64,000 bases of DNA from Podarcis bocagei (Eukaryota): the NCBI GenBank assembly GCA_964188305.1, contig OZ076897.1, one strand, 5' to 3'. The notes under the pieces are model-generated. The model saw nothing but the letters and a program-made list of their open reading frames with translations. It had not been told where the DNA came from and ran no database searches. Below are positions 38,501-50,100 of this stretch, piece by piece (position 1 is the first letter of the stretch; every line of letters begins with the position of its first letter). Both the position numbers and the translations under genes were made by a program.

Positions 38501-41500
38501 TGTAACTTGTGAAATTCAGCCAAATATTATCATCTTTTTACTGTGAGATATGACCCTTCATATCCTGGAAGTTGTTAACATTACTCACTTCTGCTCACTG
38601 AAATATAATAAGTGGTTTCACTGCTTGTTCTCACAAGCAGGAAGAAGCTGGACATCTTTTTCCAGCTCATTTTTTCAGCATTTATTAAAAATGTAAAGAT
38701 AGGTTGGAGCCACAGTAGGTTAGTTGTACTTAGTTCTCATTGAAATAAATGTGAATCATTTGTCATGATTTAAATCCTTTTGGGTTTCAGTAGGAGTGTA
38801 ACTAGATTAATCTGCTTCTAACCCAATATCAAACTTCCTTGATCTCCCTTTAGGCATTAAATGCAAGTTTCTTTAGGTGGGAGTCTTTATTTAGATCCAG
38901 TACATCTTCAGATACTTTATTTCACATAACTGTACACATTTTATTGTGTTACACAAAACAGTTTTAACATAATAACCTTCTGTTGTTGAATGGTTAGATT
39001 GTTCACCAGGTGTTACTAATACTTACAGATCATTATGTCATACATTTGGGATTGGTTTTTGTTTTGTTTTGTCTCTCTGGAATAGGGATGGTTCAAGAAA
39101 AAAAAAATGGGCCAGTTTGTCATGGGATAGGACAAAGTTCCATTCCATGCTATTTCTGCATGGGTTTTCAAAGACAAAACTATGTTTCCTTTAAAATACA
39201 GGAGTTTATGAAATAAAAATTTAGAAAAGAACATGAAGTGGTCCAAGGGCTGCATCTCTGTCATATTTCAATGTATTTAAAAAGTAATTCCAGATGCTTA
39301 TGAGTTGCTTGATTATATGTGAGATTTCTGCCATCACATGCATTCAAATTATTGCAGCAAGTCTTTCTGAGAGTGATAGGTCTGGATGACATGCTGTTGC
39401 CCTTAAAGGAATTTTAATGTACATTTTACATATTTATGAGTAATTGGACATCTCCCTAAGTTTTAGGGGCAATTGAGTGTAAAATGCATGAAATGTATGC
39501 AAGGTTTCCTTGAGAGTAACATCACACCATCAAGACCCGGTGATGTTTGCTATTTTGATTTCTACACGTGATGGCTAGAGACCAGCACACTTTGTAGTGG
39601 CTGAAATAACTTATGAAAGAAACAGATAGGCAAAGTTCAAACCACTTTACATACAAATCTGTAAGAGAATGGGAATTCAGCAAAGCACAGTTTTGGAGCA
39701 AGCCCGTGCTCTGATCTCTGCATTGATCCTCCTGGCCAATTCGATCAAAGGTGTCTACTTTAGGATCACAGCTTTCTAGATTCCTCCCTCCCTCATCCAT
39801 GTGCTTGAGAGGTCTTGAACAGCATTTTTATGTAAGGTTGCCACCTACTGTTGTATTCTACTATGTGCAACTTCAGTACTGGAAAGAATTGTTATTACTT
39901 GAATTCATTTTTTGTAACCAACAACATGCTAATATTACATGCTAATCATAATTCCTCTCTCCTAAAACAGTTCACTGTAAAACAAAACAAAACAGACAAA
40001 AAACCCTCTCCAAACAAACTTTAAACTACTAGGGAGTAAAGACACTTTTGAGCACAATGTAGTTTACTGTTGAGAAAACATGTTTAGCATTGCATTGTCT
40101 GTCTGCTTTATAACGTTATGTCTATGTAGTATTTCTTTATTTTGAAAGGTCAAAAGAAGTAGATTGGCAGCCTTATTTTACCACCCGGCTCGTAGATGAC
40201 TTTACCACTCATCTAAGAGTATTCAGAAAAGCTCAGCAAAGGATAACAGAGAATGAGGATCAGATTAAGGGTAATGCCTACAACTTTCATATGTTGTTTT
40301 AAAATTTGTAATTAATTGAGTTGTGTAAAAGGTAGCCTACAGCTATTTCTCAATGCATTCACCTGTTGCTATCTTACAGATAAGAGTTTAGTGTGTGCAT
40401 TATCTTCTTTTACAGTGGTTTTAATTGCCATAAGTGCCTTAGTTTGGCATTAAATACGTATCTACTAGTGATAAATAAATATCAGGTTTAAACATTATGG
40501 GTTCCGTTGTTTGACACAAGAGTGCAAGTTGTCTCCACTCATATTCCTCCTGATTTCCTATTCTCCTGCTCCCCAGGAAGGGTTTTTCAGGGAGGCAAAG
40601 GGAACAGGAAATTATCTTTGTGGGGGCACAGTATTGTATGCCAGCCCTCTTCTGTCTTGACAGAAGTCATTGGGCAAGATAGATGCTCCTCCGCAGTAGA
40701 AGCTTTCTTTTCTCTGTCTAGATAAATGTATTCTGACTGGTAGCTAACATAAGTCTGCTTGAAAAGGCAGATTAGGTGATTCACTGGTTTTGGATGCGAT
40801 TGATTTGGTCTTCTGGTGATTTTCCCAACTGAAAGAACTAAGTACTTAAACTGGAAACTTACGGTATCAGAAATACAAATTACAGTACAGCCTGTACTCT
40901 AATGGTTGACAGAGCAGTTGCTTCCTGTCACACAGACTTCCATTTTCAAGGAAAGCAGTTGTGATTATTCTTTGTGTATGCTACCAAACACAAGGACCAG
41001 AGTCCCTGCTGTGGCCATTTCCTGGCTTGGAACTCTTGACTTCTGTTTTGACTGTAGTGGAAGTGCACACAATGTAGTCACTGAACTGAGCTTTAAGATT
41101 TTCCTTATTGTGAAATACATGTCCTGTCACACATGAGAAAATTAAATTAAATTGCCAAGCAGAATTATATTTAAATAGTTAAGAAGTTTCTCATAGAGGT
41201 TCATTTGGAAAAAGAATCTCAGTGCAGCTGATGTGCTCAAATTTTCCAATTCTATTTAGATGGGGCAGAAGACCTTGTAAATACATTTTTTGAAGTTGAA
41301 GTTGAAACGGAAAAGAGAGTCTGTCGTGATCTCGTCTGCACATCTCCCAAAGATGAAGAAGGTTTTTTCTCTTGCTTTCTTCAGTTACGTTGTGACTAAA
41401 TTAGAGCAGCAACCAGTCTCCTAGAAATAAACTGAGATTTCTAAGTGGATCATTGTTAATCCCTCATATTCAATTAAGTGTACTTCTGCTGCATAGTTTT

Positions 41501-44120
41501 GACATTGAATTTTGTTATTAATTAGTAGTAGGAATAATATATTTGTAACAGAAAAATAAGATGCTTTTCTATTAGTTTAGAAGTGAGACTTGTGGCTGTA
41601 CATTATATAGTGCAACCTAATATTGTATTCCTAGAAAATTATTACCAAGAAGTGATTTTCTGGATTATTGCCATAGAAAATGTGGTGGTGGCATTTATTG
41701 TAGTATATAATGATTTCTATTATTGCTTAAAATATTTGAAAGGAATATGTTTAACACAATATTAGATTTTGTTATCCACTGTTTTCTTTTATATCTTGTA
41801 CCTTTAGGATTCCTAAGGGATCTGTGTGAAGTTTTACTGTATTTATTGCTACCTCCTGGAGACTTCCAGAACAAGATCATGAGATATTTTGTCAGGGTAA
41901 ATTTAGTTTCCTACCCTACTCCGGGAGTGTCCAATACTCCTTAGCCTAGGAACTGCATGATGTTTATATAATCAGGCACCATAAGATTTTTATATCTAGA
42001 TCTGTCTGGTAATTAAAGCTTTTGCAATTCTCTGTTTAATTTCAGTCAATCTGTTTTTAAGGTATAAATTACTTAGGTTGCTATCCTGTATCTACTTAAA
42101 TCATTTCTGAGACTCACTTCTGAGTAGGCCATATAGTGTTGCTCTGTGAAATATGAATGTGGAGCGTGAAACAACTAAAAATGAAATGGCGTGATTAAAA
42201 AGACCATTAAAAATGAAATGGCATGATTCAGTCCACCACTGGGTACCCAAGCAAGAAAGGTTCCCTCAACTAAAGCCCAGTTTCCTCCTTGCCACCACTA
42301 CCACCAGACATGTATACTCACCACTTGTATATGCTCATGTTCACTGACAGTGTGTTTGCTGTTAAGGGATGGCCAACCTGTCATGTCCAAGAGGAGGCTA
42401 GATGAAGTTATTACTACTTATGTTGCCTTCCCATATGTATTCTAATACATATGGGAAGGGCATTTGGACATATGGGTGGAGCTGCTTCACTCATGGTGAG
42501 CTAGATCATGCCTGTTATACAAAGGGTGCATACAGTATTGTACGTTTCAGAGGAGCAGAAGAAAGAGGATATTTTAAGAGAGAAATAACTTCTAATTCCA
42601 AACAGTCAGTTAACTCTAAATATAGAAGAGTAAAAGAAGAAGAAAAGGCAAGCCTGGAAATAGTACTGAAAAGTTTTAACAGAATATTAATTTGCCCAGT
42701 AGACTGTGGAAATCTTCCTTGGGCACTGAATGAACCATCATAATTTAAACAATGTTTTTTAACAATGCAGCATGTATATGGTATTCATAGTCATTAGTCA
42801 TTAAGCCTATGTTAAAAAGTAAGCAAAATAATAAAATTAATCCTTAATCTTAAAATTAATTACATGTGCATTCAGCAAACCACATAAGAACTGCTGTATG
42901 GTAATATTTTTAAATTACTATAATCATTGATCAAAATAAGTTCCATTGAATTAATGTTTCTTAACTTCTGAATAGACATGTATAGAATTGCACCATTTTA
43001 ATTTATTTACGCATATAGAGCAATTTACAATTATAACATTGGCTTTGCACTGGGTAACTATAGTCTTAATGAAAAACAAGTGCATAAGAAATGGCTGATC
43101 TTAATTTGTTTTATGATTAGTACAGGTGAAGGGCTACCTTTACTAAGACACACTCTTATGTTTTATAGGTTTTAGAAATTTTAAAAATGGTCTGTCTGAC
43201 TATAATACGTAATTTTATATAACATACAATATGACTATGAACAACTTTACATTCTTTGAATTATGGTTTGTCATTTTGTTTCCCCTGAGGAAGGTTGCTG
43301 CTGAAATGCATTCAGCAATTTATTATTTTATTAGAGTTCCTTACACTTTTCAGTACTATTTTCAACCTTGCCTCTTTATTCTTTTCCCGCTCCCTTGTGT
43401 TTGAATACAGATCAGAAATTAATTCCATCTTTAACTTACATATTTAATTATGTTTTGACTTGAAGATGGAGCTGGAATTGTGGTGGCAAGCCTTTCAAGA
43501 CGCCTAAGCCCTAGAGTTCTTGCTTGTCAGTCACATCATAAATTGGGGGAGGAAGGAATTTATATTGGTTGGTAGGTTGCACTGGAGAATCAGTCAGAAG
43601 GCTCTGCAAATATTGGTTTATTTGAGAACCTTTCTCCCCCTGCTATAGAGGGAGGTTGCATCTTCTATTGTATCCCATTAAGTACAAAGCAGAACTTGCT
43701 AATAAGACTAGGATTCTCCAGCCCTGCGGAGTCGCCAACTATGACAATTAAACCCTTATCTCCTGTTTGAGCAGCTCAGCTGCTTCTTACCCCTGACAAG
43801 ACATTTGTAAGATTACCTTGCTTAACGTGAGCCCTTTTGTGATTGCAATAAGGCAGAGAACAAGGCTGTGCCTGTTGCCCCGTCACCACCAGCAATGCTT
43901 CCCCTTCTCCCTTCCCTATCTATGTGTTGAGATGTCTGCAGTAGAAAAGCCTGCTGAACACATGTAGGCACTCCATGTGATCAGTGAGCATTCCAGATCA
44001 TGATGAGCTTCTGCATGCCTTCAGCAGGATTCACCTTTCTTTACTAATATTTGGATAGTGGAGCGGGGGTGGGTGGGTTGCTGCTGGGCTGATGGAGTCG
44101 GGTTGGAACTGACACAGCCC

Positions 44121-44185
<65 letters not shown>

Positions 44186-47100
44186 TGTGTGTCTTTCTTT
44201 CTCTCCCCGCCCTCTGCCCCCATTATTATGATTGAATGGAGTAAAAGGAGCTTGGCCTTACTGCCATTCTCTGAATCAAGGGAAGAGGAGCCTGTTCTAG
44301 TTGGGTGCTTTTGTGTCAGTTTGAGTTTGGATATACCGTATTTTTTGCTCTATAAGAGTCACATTTTCCCTCCTAAAAAGTAAGGGGAAATGTGTGTGCG
44401 TCTTATGGACCGAATGCAGGCTGTGCAGCTATCCCAGAAGCCAGAACAGCAAGAGAGATTGCTGCTTTCACTGCATAGCAATCCCTCTTGCTGTTCTGGC
44501 TTCTGAGATTCAGAATATATTTTTTTCTTGTTTTCCTCCTCAAAAAACTAGGTGCGTCTTGTGGTCTGATGCGTCTTATAGAGCGAAAAATACAGTAAAT
44601 ACAGTAGAACCTCAGAAGCCAAACACCTTTGAACTCGAACATTTCGGCTCCCGGATGATTGAAAACCAGAAGTGATTGTTCCAGTTTTCAAACGATTTCC
44701 GGAAGCCGAACGTCCGGCACAGCTTCCGATTGGCCACAGACACTCCTGAAGCCAATTGGAAGCCGCACCTTGGTTTTCGAATGAATTAAATTTGAAAACC
44801 AAGGTATGACAGTATAGGTTTACGAATCTGCCTCTTTGAAGCTGACAAGGCTTCAAAAAGTGGATTTCTGCAATATCTTTTTCTAGAAAAAGTTGATAGA
44901 GAATTTTATTTCTTGTTTAATTTTCTTTTTATTTGGCTTGTTTTGCATTAGTTTTTGTTTTAGTTAAGGTCTGGCCAATTTATTGTTCCTTATTTTTCAG
45001 GAAATCCTTGCTCGAGGAATTCTTCTTCCATTAATAAATCAGCTCAGTGATCCTGATTATATTAATCAGTATTTCATATGGATGGTAAGCTTTTTACACT
45101 TGAACAGTATCTTTAGAATGTTTGTCTATGTGTATAGGGCTGGTTTACATGTCACTTCAAAGCACAGTTAAGCTAAACTAGGAATTAAAGCTGCATGCAA
45201 AACTTGATGATGATACACCCACTTTGCTTCTCCTCCATTCCTGGCACACTGCAAGGAGCTAAGCAACAGTTGGGCTTAGTGCTTACATCCGACCCCCGGC
45301 TTGTAGTCTGTCCCACTCCAAACACCCCCCCCAAACTTACAATTAGGGTTTGTTGTTAGTTTACCTCACATGGTTTGTCTGGGGAAGACAAACCACGTGC
45401 CTAGGTTTGGACGTAACGCTAATCTCAACCATGATGTAGCTATTAGCAGGGTTGCAGCAGCTGCAATCTTTGCTCAATACAGCATCATACTGTGTGTTCA
45501 CCTGTAAAACATAGTTACGCATAACTGGTTAAAACTGAGATGGGACCCAAGCCATTATGTTCTCACTTTTCAATATACTTAAATAACAACAGATATATTG
45601 TAGAAGTTGGCAGTGCAATCATTTAAAAAAACACCCAGTACTGTTAATCTCTTTCAAGGTAATACTTCCTAATTTTTTGAAGCAGCATTAGTAGGAGTGG
45701 AACATATCTTGAAATTAGGAGAATTGTTTGATGTTAATAACAGGAGAGTGAAGATTGGGTTGTGAAGGTTATTGCTGAGAAGGTCCAATATGAAGATTTA
45801 ACGAACACCCAGTTGAGGGGAACTTAAAAAGGAAGGTTGGACTGTAATGCATCGAACTATGTCTTGATATATCAGTCTAGCATGCTTGAGAAAAAGTAGA
45901 TTAACATGTATTATCTTTTTCCATGTTTATTAGATTCGTGATTCAATTTGCAACTATGAGGCCTTTATGAACATTATTAAAGTAAGTGACAAAGTAGGGG
46001 AGTTGGAAGCAGTAAGGGATAAAGCAGCAGAAGAACTACAGTATCTTCGATCTTTAGATACAGGTGGAGATGGTTAGTATTTAAATTACATTTGCAAATT
46101 AAAGCATCAATAACATACTACTTGGTTTAAATATGTAAAGGACTGAGAATTCTTAGTTTGAGAGCTGATGCATGGAGGAAAAACCATATTTGCAAGTGTG
46201 TTTTCATAAAATGTAATCCCCCCCCCTTGAGTGGCTAGGCAAACACTGAGCTAAATAGGGTGACTTTTGATAACATTTGTTCTTTTAAGAGGTGTACTGG
46301 ATTAGAAGGCACAGACAAGGAATGCAAAAGCACCTTTTTTTTGTTTGATGTAATTCTTACCATTCTAGAAATGATGAGGACACTTTGGTAGCATTTATTT
46401 ACCTAAAATCATTGCCTTGTTTTCTCTGCAACAACCTATGCAGTAGGTTACTTGTATTACCATAGGGTAACTAAGGTTGCTGGTGATCTGCAGAAAGCTA
46501 TGCATTAAGTTCATAGATGAACAGGTTTTTGAACCTTACTCAGTTCCAAGACTCCACTTTTAAATGGACCACAGAAGATAGATAGTGGATTTCCTAATCG
46601 GAGGGATGGGATGGAATTTCAGAATAATGGTTTTCCAAGTCTGGAACTTTTGTCTATCTAGAAGCTATATCTATTCATTCTTGCCATTTGTGGCTCTCAA
46701 TAATTCTGCACAGTAGAGCTACATTTCTAGTGCGAGACTGACAGATTGTCTCATTTAAAATTTGTTACTTAAGCAGTTCAGGAAAGAGGCTTGAGAAGGG
46801 GCTATTATGAATATACAAATGACCTTTGGTTTAAATTGGATTGTGCCTGGTTCAGGCACTTAATAAGTTTATCATTCTTGTGTAAAAGGTATTATTGCAG
46901 ATTGGTTTTTAGTTCTTAGTGACTTAAAAGTTTAAACAGAAAATTTGCAAATCTCACCTATATACTTTTATTATTTCAGAATAGTGGCCATTATTGGTAA
47001 TGGCTCATATACTTTGTTTTCCAAAACAGTCACATATTTCTGCAATGTGTATTCTGTATATTTACTTAATTTGGCCAGCTTATTCTACTTCTACTTAGCA

Positions 47101-50100
47101 TTGGACAGGGAAAGGGACTAGGCAAGGGACTAGCCCCCAAACCATGAATTAGAAATCCTGTTCATCCTAGACCTGGCTTGTGAGATTTCATAAGGCATAG
47201 ACTGTAGGATGAAAGTGTATATTTGCATCTGTAAGCGCTATATGTAAAAATAAAACCAGGATGGAGTAATTCTGTACCTCAGTAGAAAATATTGTGCAAT
47301 CATGGTTGTCACAGCATCAGATGATTCATGCAACCTTGATTGTGGGGCTGAGTACCTGAGTCAAGATATAAGTGCATACAAAGTTACAGAACTGCATTTG
47401 TATCCTAAATCCTGCATTTGTATCCTAATTTTAAAAACCAAACAAAGAGTTTTTAATGTTCATTTAATTTTTGTGCCATTTATTTTAAAATGTTTATGAT
47501 ATCACTTTCTAAAAATATTTCTAAAAGCTGGCAACCGGAATCCAAAGGCAAGAGTGGCTTGATGTTATATCTCTCACTTTGCATTGTTAGTATTTATTTA
47601 AGTTAGTGAAACCAATGACAATTTCCTTGACTTTAAAAATAATAATCAATATATTCCTCCATTTGTGAAATCACTGCTTCATTGTCTCTTGGTCATCTTT
47701 TTTCTGTACAGACAGCTTTAAGCAATACTTATATTGTAATACTCCAAATACTTCCCATCTTTTTGAGTCTTACTTCTTAGTGTGTTTGTTTTCAGATATC
47801 AACACTATAAAAAATCAGATAAATAGCTTATTGTTTGTGAAGAAAGTATGTGATTCAAGAATACTGAGGCTGCAGTCAGGAAAAGTAAGTGTGTTTTCTC
47901 TGCTGGAATGTGTTAAAATCAACCCAAGTATATATGCATAATCTATAACAGGGATGTCCAACAGGTTGATCGGGATTGACTGGTTGATCCCTAGTAGGTT
48001 TTCATAGGTCGCTGTCGATCTTTGGCTCCTTCCTCTGGCCCCGCCCCCTTGCCCCATCCTCTAGGTTGCTAGAACAGAAGACAGAGTTTTCTTAGCAAGA
48101 CTGTCTCATTAGTGATCTCTCGATGAGCACTTCTTTTCATATTTTTGACCTGAAACCCCCCCCCCCCAAAAAAGGGGTAGATCACTACCAGATTTTAAGT
48201 GTGCAAGTAGATTGCAGTCTCTTGGACGTTGGATGTCCGTGATCTATAACATCACTGGTCCCCTCTCCTGGTCCCCTGCCTCTGCCCCACACTGACATGG
48301 TGGGAGTTCCATTCATGTGATGCTCTTGCCAGAGGAAGAGAGCAGAGGCGATGGTTGCTGATGCCGTCTGTGGGCCCTTCCAGCCCCCCCCCCCCGAAGC
48401 CTAGTTAGTATCAAAGCCCATTATATACCAGCTTGGTATTGGAAGCACTACTGAACTGTTACTGACAGTTTCATCGGCATCATCATGTTTGAATGACTTC
48501 CTCAGCCCAGTGAATCTATTCCTAATGCCTTTGACAAAGCATAGAATGTTGAAGTATATAGTAGAATGTTGCACAGTCCCTGCATTGTTTCCCAGTTGTA
48601 CTTAGCTTGGGTGAAGGGAAACCTATGGCCCTCAAAATGTTGTTTGACTCCAGCTCCCATCAGCCCCAGGCAGTATGGCCAGTGACCAGGGATAATGGAA
48701 GTTGGATTGCAACAAAATGTGGAGCGCTGCAGGTTCCCCACCCCGATTAGCTGAAGGACCTTGTGGGCAGCAGACTTTCCATATTACTGGAAATGTTGCT
48801 ATGGCAAAAGAGAGAGTTTTTTCTTGGGAAGAAAACATGCATGATGCTACTAAAATGGTTTTACGTTGTGATTGTATATTGATTTTAATCTAGGAACCTA
48901 TTAACATGATGTGCTCTTTATACAGGAAATAGATACTGTGAAACTGGCTGCAAACTTCGGAAAACTTTGCACAGTCCCTCTGGACACCATTCTTATTAAC
49001 AATGTTGCACTACAATTTTTTATGGGTAAGAGAACAGTAGTTGTGTGTTTTTAAAACTATGAAATGTCATCATAGCCTGCAGTAGGCACAAATGAATTAT
49101 AAAGAGAGGAGAAATTAATTTTTGGCCACATCCACTTCAGTACCAAACCTTGCTGTCCATACTATCTAACACAAATGAGCAGAACCTTCTTTTTTTTTTT
49201 AATGTGAATGGCTCACTTAATTCCAAGGCTAAGGAGCTGCAATGTATTGTCAACTCTGCCATTTTTAAAGTAGCGTGATTTCTTCCAGAGCAGCAAGAAA
49301 GCAGTGGGTAGGACTTAGGGAGCAGCATGTAAACACCAAAGTTCAGAGCAATTTGTTAGTAAATATGCTGAGCATATAATTTTGATTATAATTATTCTCA
49401 TCCAAAATCAGCATCACTTTGCTAATTTAATTTTTTTATCTACCGTAGTTCTTCAGGGCAAATTATTTGGGTAGGATATTTGTATCCTAATAGATGTGAC
49501 TGAATTATTATTTGTAGATTACATGCAGCAGATGGGCGGCCAAGCACATCTCTTTTTCTGGATGACCGTAGAAGGATACAGGGTGACAGCACAGCAGCAG
49601 CTGGAAGTGCTATTGAGTCTTCAGAAAGATGGAAGGCATCAGACTACAGAAACCAAAGGCCTATTAAAGTCAGCTGCAGTTGGAATTTATGATCAATATT
49701 TGTCAGAGAAGGTAAAAATGGGTTTTAAAGGGAAATTAATCTATATGATAGCTGTATTCTAAAAGTTGCATAGGCACCTTAAGATCAAGCTGCTGAACCT
49801 CAGTCCAATATTTGAAGATGCAGAGGCTCTGATGAACTTAATAAAATTGAACTACAGAGGATCCGTCTTTACTTTTTACACAGAATAATGTCCTTCATTT
49901 TTATTCTTTATGTTTGGCTTTGAGCAAGTCAATTTGAATTTGGGGATTCAGACCGAATGTGACAAAGTCTTTAGTTGTTTGGTTCCTTTTTTTATTTCTC
50001 TTGTCTCTACAAGACTAACACACATGCATTTTAGATACATTTTAAGAAATATATTTTCTTCAGATACATTTTAAGAAGCACATTACATTAAATGCCAACT

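Noticed and set aside
43950-44028. Possible C/D snoRNA or miRNA (terminal stem CCTGCTGAA/TTCAGCAGG, internal ATGATGA)
   Set aside because: The C-box-like motif is in the 3' half with no terminal D box; more likely a decayed fold-back element.
44065-44088. G-quadruplex candidate
   Set aside because: The last loop is 8 nt, it is deep in an intron, and nothing links it to a function.
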